Of a stretch of 46,133 nucleotides of DNA, positions 10,082-18,830 are shown piece by piece; position 1 is the first letter of the stretch, and each line of letters opens with the position of its first letter. The DNA is from Polyangiaceae bacterium. Lineage in GTDB: Bacteria > Myxococcota_A > Polyangia > Polyangiales > Polyangiaceae. The position numbers and the translations under genes are program-made. The notes below the pieces were generated by a model that ran no database searches, had not been told where the DNA came from, and saw nothing but the letters and a program-made list of their open reading frames with translations. Location of the stretch: contig JAPSGB010000037.1 of assembly GCA_035063585.1 (NCBI GenBank), positions 1 to 46,133 of the forward strand, in the 5' to 3' direction.

Positions 10082-10753
10082 ATGGACACCAACACCAAGA
10101 GCGGCCCCTACACGATCGTGGTGGGCCTCGATTTCTCGGATACCGGCGCGCTCGCGCTCGAGCGCGCGTTCGACCTCGCGAACCGCGAGCCAAACGCGGA
10201 TCTTCACGCCGTCTACGTCGCGAGCGCCTACGGCCCGATGCTGCGGCTCGAGCTCCCCGACGACGTGCGCACGGTGAGCATCGAGGAGGCGTCGGACTAT
10301 CTGCAGAAGTACGTCGAGGGCAAACTCGACCAGTTCCAGGCGAGCGCCCCGACCCGCTTCGAGCGCGTCGTCACTCACGTTCGCGTAGGGCCGCCCGCCG
10401 ACGAGATCGCGCAGCTCGCCGCCGATCTCGACGCGGAGCTGGTGGTGGTCGGCACGCACGGGCGGCGCGGCGTGCGCCGGCTGCTGCTCGGCTCGGTCGC
10501 CGAGGGCGTGATGCGCCTCTCGCACTGTCCGGTCTTCGTGGTGCGGCCGAAGGATCATTTCGGGATCGAGCTGGCGGCGGCACCCGACATCGAGCCGCCG
10601 TGTCCGCGCTGCGTCGCGGAGCGCCAGCGCACGAACGGTCGCGAGCTCTGGTGCGACGAGCATCGCCAGCGCCGGGGCCGCCGGCATACCTATCACTACG
10701 TCGATCGGAACTCCTCCGCGGACGAGAACCTGCCGCTCGCCGAGAAAGAGTAG
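10082..10753 (+). CDS. Universal stress protein with a C-terminal Cys/His extension
   Basis: IVVGLDFS, LVVVGTHGRRGVRRLLLGSVAE, CPVFVV; tail CPRC...WCDEH...HTYHY; SD AGGAG. Confidence 0.9.
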   Translation: MDTNTKSGPYTIVVGLDFSDTGALALERAFDLANREPNADLHAVYVASAYGPMLRLELPDDVRTVSIEEASDYLQKYVEGKLDQFQASAPTRFERVVTHVRVGPPADEIAQLAADLDAELVVVGTHGRRGVRRLLLGSVAEGVMRLSHCPVFVVRPKDHFGIELAAAPDIEPPCPRCVAERQRTNGRELWCDEHRQRRGRRHTYHYVDRNSSADENLPLAEKE

Positions 10754-10807
10754 AAAATCCCGCTCGGGCCCGCGAAGCGTCGTAGCCTAGGGCGCGGTGG
10801 AGGAACC

Positions 10808-11653
10808 ATGAAGCGCGAACATGCGATCATCGCGGCGGCTGCGCTCGGCGCGGTCGCCGCGCTGGGGTGCTCGAAGAGCGCCGAGGTGAGCGAGCAGAAG
10901 GCGCGCGCTCACGCGGAGACGCTGGCCAAGCTGGCCGATGAAGACGTCGCCGAGGTGCGGCGCGGGCTGCCCGAGGGCGCCAAGGCGCTCGCCGCGCTCT
11001 ATCGAGGTGACACCAAGCCCGCCGACGACCTGAAGGGGGTGCGCGTCGCGCTCGAGCAGGCGCGCGCGAAGGTCCAGGATCTGCGCGTCGCCAAGAGCAC
11101 CTTCTTCGCGCTCGCCGCGCCGGACGGCGGCGTGCTCCGGAACGACCAGGAGCAGGACCTCATGACGGGGAAGAATTTCTTCACGGCCTTCCCGAAGCTG
11201 AAGGACGCGCTCGGCGGGAAATACGTCGAGACGCGCGGCTCGATGCCCGAGGCGGCCGCGGTGCGGCGCGCGGACGCCCAGTGGGTGGCGGCGGAGCCGG
11301 TCGAGGTCGACGGTAAGGTGGAGGGGCTCTACGTCACCGGGTGGTCGTGGTCGGCGTATGCGTACCGGCTGGAGAACGCGCTCCGGAGCGAGGTCCGCGG
11401 GGCGCTCGGCAAGAACGAGAACCTGCCGCTCGTCTACGTGTACGTCATCGTCGACCGGGCCGCCTACGGCGCGCCGGTGTCGCCGGAGGTGAACGCCAAG
11501 GCGATCCTCGCGCAGGAGCCGCTCGCGCACCTCTCGGGCGGTCTTTTCAGCACCCAGCTCGAGATCACGGGGCGTGATTTCGGACTCGCCGTGAAGCCGC
11601 TCGCGGCGTTCGGCGACGGGGTCGCGGTGGCCGTCCTCCGCAGCGAGACGTGA
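10808..11653 (+). CDS. Hypothetical lipoprotein (possible Cache-like sensor fold)
   Basis: Lipobox ALGC, SD GGAGGA, strong GC3 bias; fold guess is weak. Confidence 0.65.
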   Translation: MKREHAIIAAAALGAVAALGCSKSAEVSEQKARAHAETLAKLADEDVAEVRRGLPEGAKALAALYRGDTKPADDLKGVRVALEQARAKVQDLRVAKSTFFALAAPDGGVLRNDQEQDLMTGKNFFTAFPKLKDALGGKYVETRGSMPEAAAVRRADAQWVAAEPVEVDGKVEGLYVTGWSWSAYAYRLENALRSEVRGALGKNENLPLVYVYVIVDRAAYGAPVSPEVNAKAILAQEPLAHLSGGLFSTQLEITGRDFGLAVKPLAAFGDGVAVAVLRSET

Positions 11654-11666
11654 GCGCCCACCCGAC

Positions 11667-11864
11667 TCAGTGAGCGTCGTCCGCGCCGGTTCGCCCGTAG
11701 CGGTGGAGGGCGTAGATGAGCAGCGCGAGCGCGAGGACGGTGATCCACGCGCCCGCGGCTTGCCCGCCCGAGACGCTCCAGCCGATGCCGACGAGCGCCG
11801 CGGTCGCGGCGAAGGCGAGCAGTGAGCGGGCGCGCCGCGCGGCGGCGAGAGGTGCTACGGCCAT
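11667..11864 (-). CDS. Small two-TM membrane protein
   Basis: Two hydrophobic segments followed by LHRYGRTG; overlaps the end of the upstream minus-strand gene. Confidence 0.55.
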   Translation of the reverse strand: MAVAPLAAARRARSLLAFAATAALVGIGWSVSGGQAAGAWITVLALALLIYALHRYGRTGADDAH

Positions 11865-12406
11865 CGTTGCGAGTGCGCGCGCACCAGGAAGTCGCGGACG
11901 TCTCGGCCGAGCTTGTTCTCGGCGGCGATGGTCGTCTCCTCGTGCCCGGTGCCGATCTGGTCATCACTCTTGTAGTCGCCGGCGCGGAGCACGAGGATCC
12001 GCGCGCCCTCGTCGGAGCCGACGCCCGAGACGAGCTGCAGCGCGTCGCCCATGTCCGGCGTGCGCGGAGGCAGGGCCGCGCCGAGCTCCCGCTCCTCGCC
12101 AGGGGTCACGTAGGCGACGCCGTACTTCCGCTCGCGCGCCCCGACATCCACCTGGAGCTGCTTACCGTCACCGAGATCGAGCGCTCGTCCGGCCTCCGGG
12201 GCGTCGCCCTCGGCGTGGAAGGCCTTGACGATCACCTCTACGGCGCGCCGCTCGTCGAGGGCGCGGGAGGCGTTCGGGGCGCGCGGCGGCGGCGCGCCGC
12301 AGGCCGCGGTGAGCACGGCGAGCGCCGCGAAGAGCCAAGTCCAGCGCCCAAGCTCAGGGCGGCGCGCGGGCGGGCGGGGCGGGGGGGGGATCTCGAGCGC
12401 GGTCAT
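11855..12406 (-). CDS. Hypothetical lipoprotein
   Basis: Hydrophobic stretch ending LTAAC, then a globular region; ATG 12406 chosen. Confidence 0.65.
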   Translation of the reverse strand: MTALEIPPPPRPPARRPELGRWTWLFAALAVLTAACGAPPPRAPNASRALDERRAVEVIVKAFHAEGDAPEAGRALDLGDGKQLQVDVGARERKYGVAYVTPGEERELGAALPPRTPDMGDALQLVSGVGSDEGARILVLRAGDYKSDDQIGTGHEETTIAAENKLGRDVRDFLVRAHSQRWP

Positions 12407-12458
12407 CGGTCGCAAAAGGTAGCCAACTGCCCGCCCTTTCGCTAGCTCTCCCTGGAAC

Positions 12459-13133
12459 ATGCTCCACTCCGGCCCCTCCGCGCGCCCGCGCGCCGGCGCG
12501 CCCGCCCGGTACCGCTCGGGTCGGGCCGCGATGGGCGCGGCGTGCCTCGGGCTCGTCGGGTGCGCGCGCCCGGTCATGCCGGAGCCGCGCGACGCGGTGG
12601 CGGAGTACGCCGACGCGGCGCGGCGCGGGGACGCCGACGCGCTCTACGCCATGCTCACCGACGCCGGCCGGCGCGAGCTCGGGCTGGCCGGCACGCGCGC
12701 CCTCGTGAAGGGCTCGCGCGCCGAGCTCGCGCGGAGCGCCGCGTCGCTCTCCTCGCCGGAGGCGAGCGTGCGCGCGCGCGCTCGCGTGCGCTTCGACGAC
12801 GGCGAGGTCGCGGAGCTCGAGCTCGAGCGCGGCGCGTTCCGGATTGGCTCGGCGGCCGCGCTCCCGGCCGGCGCGCGGACCCCGGTGGAGGCGGTGGCCG
12901 GGCTCCGGCAAGCGCTCGCGCGCCGGAGCTACGCCGCGCTGGTGCGCGTGCTCACCCCGGAGACGCGCGCCGCGCTCGAGCGCGATCTCGACGGGCTGGT
13001 CGAGGGGCTCGAGCACCCCGACAGGCTCGAGATCGAGGTGAAGGGCGACGCCGCCGAGGTGCGGGTACCTGGCGGTCACTCGGTGAAGCTCAAGCGTGAG
13101 GCTGGCGCGTGGCGGATCGACGATTTCGACTGA
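12459..13133 (+). CDS. Hypothetical lipoprotein (duplicated NTF2/DUF4878-like domains)
   Basis: Lipobox LVGC; two similar halves (DAVAEYADAARRGDADALYAML...LELERGAFRI and EAVAGLRQALARRSYAALVRVL...LKREAGAWRI); start uncertain (12459 or 12531). Confidence 0.6.
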   Translation: MLHSGPSARPRAGAPARYRSGRAAMGAACLGLVGCARPVMPEPRDAVAEYADAARRGDADALYAMLTDAGRRELGLAGTRALVKGSRAELARSAASLSSPEASVRARARVRFDDGEVAELELERGAFRIGSAAALPAGARTPVEAVAGLRQALARRSYAALVRVLTPETRAALERDLDGLVEGLEHPDRLEIEVKGDAAEVRVPGGHSVKLKREAGAWRIDDFD

Positions 13134-13903
13134 GCCCGGGTGAGGGCGCGCGCGTCGGGCGCCGCGCGGTGCTCGCCGGCCTGGCGGCGCTCGTCGCGGC
13201 GCCCGAGGCGCGCGCGTTCGGGCAAGCGAACGCCTTTCATCCCCGCGTGCTCGAGACGGGGAGCATGAAGTGGGGCGGGGTGCGGGTGACCGCCCCGTCG
13301 CGCTGGGCGTGGGAGCTGGTGCGGCGGACCAGCGCGCCCGGTCGCCTGGTCGCGACCACCGTGGGGGCCGATCAGAAGGCGCTCTTCGCCGAGCCGTTCC
13401 TCATCTGGGCTGGCGATCGGGCGGTCGAGCCGCTCGGGCAGAGCGAGCGCCGAGGTCTCGAGGCGTTCGTCCAGCTCGGCGGGATGCTCGTGGTCGACGA
13501 CAGCGAGCCGGCGCGCGGCGCCTTCGGCAAGTCGGTGCGGCGTGAGCTCGCGCGCGTGCTCCCGTCGAGCGCGGTCGTGAAGCTCGGCGCCGATCACGTG
13601 ATCTACAAGTCCTATTACCTCCTCGATCGACCGGTCGGGCGCGTGGTCGGGCCACCGTACATCGAGGCCATCGTGCGGGGACGGAACGCGCAGATCCTGT
13701 TTCTCCAGCACGATCTCCTGGGCGCGCTCGCGCGCTCTCCGAGCGGCGCGTGGGCCCTCGAGGTGGAGCCGGGAGGGGTCATGCAGCGCGAGCACGCGGC
13801 GCGTTTCGCGGTGAACCTCGCCATGTACCTGCTCTGCTCGGACTACAAGGACGACCAAGTCCACGCCTCGTGGCTCATGCGCCGGCGCGCCGGGCGCCGC
13901 TAG
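13109..13903 (+). CDS. DUF4159 domain protein with a Tat-like signal
   Basis: GRRAVLAGLAAL twin-arginine signal; GGMLVVDD, DHVIYKSYYLL, VNLAMYLLCSDYKDDQVH. Confidence 0.78.
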   Translation: MADRRFRLSPGEGARVGRRAVLAGLAALVAAPEARAFGQANAFHPRVLETGSMKWGGVRVTAPSRWAWELVRRTSAPGRLVATTVGADQKALFAEPFLIWAGDRAVEPLGQSERRGLEAFVQLGGMLVVDDSEPARGAFGKSVRRELARVLPSSAVVKLGADHVIYKSYYLLDRPVGRVVGPPYIEAIVRGRNAQILFLQHDLLGALARSPSGAWALEVEPGGVMQREHAARFAVNLAMYLLCSDYKDDQVHASWLMRRRAGRR

Positions 13904-13909
13904 CCGCCG

Positions 13910-16123
13910 ATGGACGCGCACTCCTGGGCCCTCTCCGACGACGTCTCCGGCTGGGGCGTCGCGGGGGTCGTCTTCCTCGCCGTGCTGGCGGTCGCGCTGC
14001 TCGCGCTCGAGCTCCGGCGGCGCGAGCGGCTCGGCGGCGTCATCTTCGCGACCGGGGTGCTCGCCATCCTGCTCTTCTCGGTGAGCGTGCTCCGTCCGGT
14101 CCGAGTCCGGACGCGCGGCAGCGTGCTCGGCCCGCGGGTGGTGGTGCTGCTCGACGAGTCGCGGCGGCTGCTCCTTCCCGAGGGGCGCGGCACGCGGAGG
14201 GACGTCGCGCTCGAGTCGGTGCGCCGCCTCCGGCAGCGCTTCAAGGACGCGCGGCTCAGCGTGCTCGGTTTCGGGGAAGGCGTGGCGAAGCCCGTCGGCG
14301 GCGAGGGCGCGACCGGCGCCCGGCCCGCCGCGTCGCTCACGACCGAGAGCGATCTCGCGGCGGCCATCGCCGGGCTCGCGGCGACCCCGGGCGAGCGGCC
14401 CGAGGCCGTCGTGGTGGTGAGCGACGGGCGGCTCGCCCGCCCGGCTCCGGGCGGGAGCGACGAGTCGCTCCGGCGCGCGATTGGCGCGCTCGGCGTGCCG
14501 GTGCACACGGTGGCGGTCGCCGAGCGCGCGCCCAAGGACGCGAGCATCCGCTCGGTGCGCGCGGCGGGCGCGGCGGTGGCGCACCAGCCGCTCACGCTCA
14601 CCGTCGAGGTCGGCTGTGCGGGAGGGCTCGCCTGCGGCGACGTGCCGGTGAGCGTGCGCGAGCTCCGACGCGGCAGCGATCCGGTGCTGCTCGCGAGCGG
14701 CGTCGCCAGCGTCGCGGAGGGTTCGGCCACCGTCGAGCTCACCGTCACGCTCGAGCGCGCCGGAGCGCGCGTGGTCGAGCTCGCCATCGACGCGCCGGAC
14801 GGTGACACCATCCCCGAGAACGACCGCCGCATCCTCACCTTCAGCGTCACGCGGGATCGCATCCGCCTGCTCCACGTCGCGGGACGCCCGACCTACGACG
14901 TGCGCGCGCTCAGGATGTGGCTGAAGAGCGACGAATCGGTCGACCTGGTCGCGTTCTTCATCCTTCGCACCATCCAGAGCGAGACGGGCACCACCGACGA
15001 CTCCGAGCTCGCGCTCATACCGTTCCCGGTGGACGAGCTCTTCAGCGAACACCTGCCGAGCTTCGACGCGGTCGTGCTGCAAGACATCGACGCGGTCGAG
15101 TACAAGCTCGCGCAGCATCTCCCCGCGCTCGCGCGCTACGTTGAGGGCGGCGGCGGGCTCATCATGGTGGGCGGGCCCTCGGCCTTCGCGGGCGGAGGCT
15201 ACGCCGGTACCCCGCTCGAGCGGGTGCTGCCCGTGAAGCTCTCCGATTCAGGTTCGGCCTACGATCCCGGCGAGCTCGTCCCGCGCACCACCGAGGCCGG
15301 GCGCGCCGCGCCGGTGCTTCGCGCGCTTCGCCAGCTCTACGGCGATGAGCTGCCGACCATGGCCGGCTCGAACACGCTCGGGCCCGCGCGCGCGGGCTCG
15401 CTCGTGCTCTGGGAGCACCCGACGCGCCGCGCGGGCGACGGGCCGATGCCGGTGCTCGCGCTCGGTGAGGCCGGGGACGGTCGCGCCATCGCGCTCGGCG
15501 TCGACGAGACGAGCGAGCTTGCCTTCAGCGAGCTGGCCGAGCGCGCCGCCGGCCGCGGCTACGGTGCGCTGTGGGATGGCCTGCTCGGCTGGCTCATGCG
15601 CGATCCCCGCTTCGAGGCTGCGCGACTCGAGGTGGTGGGCGAGTGCGTGGCGGGTGAGCCGGTCGCGCTCGAGCTCACCCCGGTGCCTGGCATGTCGGGC
15701 GACGTCGAGCTCACCCTCGAGCGCCTCGGCGTCGCGGAACCGAAGCCGGAGGCGCACCGCGTCGCGGCGCCGCCGCCCGGGCCGGTGCGGCTCGAGCTCG
15801 GGCCGCTCGAGGTCGGGGGCTACACGGCGCGCGCGCGCATCGGCAAGAGCCCGCCCACGCGCTTCGATTTCGCGTGCGAGAAGGGCGGCGCCGCGTTCAG
15901 CGACTCGCGACCGGATCCCGAGCGGCTCGAGCGTATCGCCGAGGTCACCGGCGGCAGGCCGGCGGCGCAGGGCGAGGAGGCGAGCCTGCCGCTCCCGGAG
16001 CCGAAGCGCGTGGCGGCCGAGCGGCACGTCACCCCGCTCGCGCCGGCGTGGCTCTGGTCGCTCGTCGCCTCGCTCGCGCTCGGCGCGCACTGGCTCGCGC
16101 GCCGTCGCGGCGGGCTCGCCTGA
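13910..16123 (+). CDS. Membrane-anchored vWA-like plus glutamine-amidotransferase-like (DUF1355-type) domain protein
   Basis: Two N-terminal TM helices, VVVLLDES and VVVVSDG (vWA-like), ENDRR, VDLVAFFILR, ELALIPFP, FDAVVLQD, GGGLIMVGGPSAF, C-terminal TM ending WLARRRGG. Confidence 0.78.
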   Translation: MDAHSWALSDDVSGWGVAGVVFLAVLAVALLALELRRRERLGGVIFATGVLAILLFSVSVLRPVRVRTRGSVLGPRVVVLLDESRRLLLPEGRGTRRDVALESVRRLRQRFKDARLSVLGFGEGVAKPVGGEGATGARPAASLTTESDLAAAIAGLAATPGERPEAVVVVSDGRLARPAPGGSDESLRRAIGALGVPVHTVAVAERAPKDASIRSVRAAGAAVAHQPLTLTVEVGCAGGLACGDVPVSVRELRRGSDPVLLASGVASVAEGSATVELTVTLERAGARVVELAIDAPDGDTIPENDRRILTFSVTRDRIRLLHVAGRPTYDVRALRMWLKSDESVDLVAFFILRTIQSETGTTDDSELALIPFPVDELFSEHLPSFDAVVLQDIDAVEYKLAQHLPALARYVEGGGGLIMVGGPSAFAGGGYAGTPLERVLPVKLSDSGSAYDPGELVPRTTEAGRAAPVLRALRQLYGDELPTMAGSNTLGPARAGSLVLWEHPTRRAGDGPMPVLALGEAGDGRAIALGVDETSELAFSELAERAAGRGYGALWDGLLGWLMRDPRFEAARLEVVGECVAGEPVALELTPVPGMSGDVELTLERLGVAEPKPEAHRVAAPPPGPVRLELGPLEVGGYTARARIGKSPPTRFDFACEKGGAAFSDSRPDPERLERIAEVTGGRPAAQGEEASLPLPEPKRVAAERHVTPLAPAWLWSLVASLALGAHWLARRRGGLA

Positions 16124-16141
16124 GCGCCGCCGCGGCCGGGC

Positions 16142-17455
<1,314 letters not shown>

Positions 17456-17468
17456 GGGCCGCGTGAGT

Positions 17469-17484
17469 AGCAAGCCGCGTGCCG
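17469..17484 (-). promoter_or_regulatory. Sigma-54 motif immediately upstream of ino1
   Basis: Minus strand reads CGGCACGCGGCTTGCT, a close match to YTGGCACG-N4-TTGCW; the -12 GC lies ~15 nt before the ATG. Confidence 0.65.
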
Positions 17485-17506
17485 GTGTGCAATCTTCGCC
17501 GCCCGT

Positions 17507-18238
17507 ATGACCTCCGCTCCGAACGCCCGCGTCGCGGTGCTCCTGGTCGCCGGCGTCGGCTCGCGGCTCCGCCCGCTCACCGATGATCGTCCGAAGGCGC
17601 TGGTCGAGGTCGGCGGCGCGAGCATCCTCGCCCGCGCCGTCGCGAGCCTGGTCGCGCACGGCGTCGAGCGGCTGGTGCTCGCCACCGGCTATCGCGAAGC
17701 GGCCGTCCGCGCGGCGCTCGAGCGCGCGCCGGTCCCGGTCGAGTACTTTCCGAACCCTCGCTACGCGAGCACGCAGAACTCGGTGTCGCTCGCGCTCTGT
17801 CGCGACGGCGTCCGCGGCGAGGCCTTCTACAAGCTCGACGGCGACGTCGTCTTCCGCCCCGAGGTGCTCGCGCGCCTCGACGCCGCCCGCGCGCCGCTCG
17901 CGGTCGCCGTGGATCGCACGCGCGCGCTCGACGCCGAGGCGATGAAGGTGCGCCTCGAAGGCGAGCGTATCGCCGCCTTCGGCAAGGGCATCCCGCTCGA
18001 GCAGTCGGCGGGCGAGACCATCGGCATCGAGCGCCTCGACGCGGCCGCCGGCGCGCTCGTGTTCGACGAGCTCGCGCGCGCCGCCGCGCGCGGCGAGACC
18101 GAGCTCTACTACGAGGACGTCTACTCGCGCCTCGTCGCCGCCGGCGCGCTCACCGCCAGCCCGGTCGACGTGGGCGATTTGCCGTGGACCGAGATCGACG
18201 ACCCGAGCGATCTCGAGCGCGCCCGCGCGCTGGTCTGA
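17507..18238 (+). CDS. Phosphocholine/amino-alcohol-phosphate cytidylyltransferase family protein (LicC-like NTP transferase)
   Basis: LVAGVGSRLRPLT..PKAL, NPRYASTQNSVSL, LDGDVVF, EAMKV, GETIGI, YYEDV, WTEIDD. Confidence 0.85.
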   Translation: MTSAPNARVAVLLVAGVGSRLRPLTDDRPKALVEVGGASILARAVASLVAHGVERLVLATGYREAAVRAALERAPVPVEYFPNPRYASTQNSVSLALCRDGVRGEAFYKLDGDVVFRPEVLARLDAARAPLAVAVDRTRALDAEAMKVRLEGERIAAFGKGIPLEQSAGETIGIERLDAAAGALVFDELARAAARGETELYYEDVYSRLVAAGALTASPVDVGDLPWTEIDDPSDLERARALV

Positions 18239-18319
18239 GCGCGGGCCATGACGTTACAGCTTATCGAACGCGGCAAATTCGATAAGTAATTATTATGGCT
18301 CGCTCGAGGGGAGGGCTGG

Positions 18320-18475
18320 CCGGTCCGGCGCGGCCGGCGGCCGGAGCGCCCGACGCTGTGCGTCAGCGGCACGATCCCTGCGTCACGGTGTATCTCGCGC
18401 GTCACGGGGCGCGGGCGCGCCAGGAAGGGCGTTTCGCGCCGTGATGCGTACCGGACGCCGGCCGCGTCGGACCGG
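18320..18475. repeat. 156-bp element bounded by 25-bp imperfect inverted repeats (REP/REPIN-like)
   Basis: CCGGTCCGGCGCGGCCGGCGGCCGG (18320-18344) versus CCGGACGCCGGCCGCGTCGGACCGG (18451-18475): reverse complements with 2 mismatches; the core recurs in other intergenic regions. Confidence 0.65.
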
Positions 18476-18560
18476 AAACCAGCCCTCGGGCTCGCGCGCG
18501 CCGTGTCCGAACGTTCACGCGAGCGAGGCGCGCTGCGTAAACGATGACGCAGCTCGGCGT

Positions 18561-18576
18561 TGGCATCCGGCTTGCT
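18561..18576 (+). promoter_or_regulatory. Sigma-54 motif upstream of the IPCT-PLP fusion operon
   Basis: TGGCATCCGGCTTGCT (GG-N10-GC with TTGC), ~255 nt upstream of ATG 18831. Confidence 0.55.
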
Positions 18577-18830
18577 GAATAGCCCACGAGACCCCCGAGC
18601 GTTCGCGCTCACATGGTGAAAGCAAGCGAGATGACGGCGAAATCGGCCGTCGGCCCGCGACCGCGGCCGCCTCCCCCGAGGTGTTGCCGGCAGGCACAGT
18701 GTAGTCGGAAGAAGACAGCGACAAACCTCCTAACCTATCGAGTTGAAAAGGCTTTGGCCGTTTTACGCGATGCGTGGTAATCGGCGGCACCCTGACCCCC
18801 AGTGAGTGAAGGGCAAAAGCGAGACGTGGG

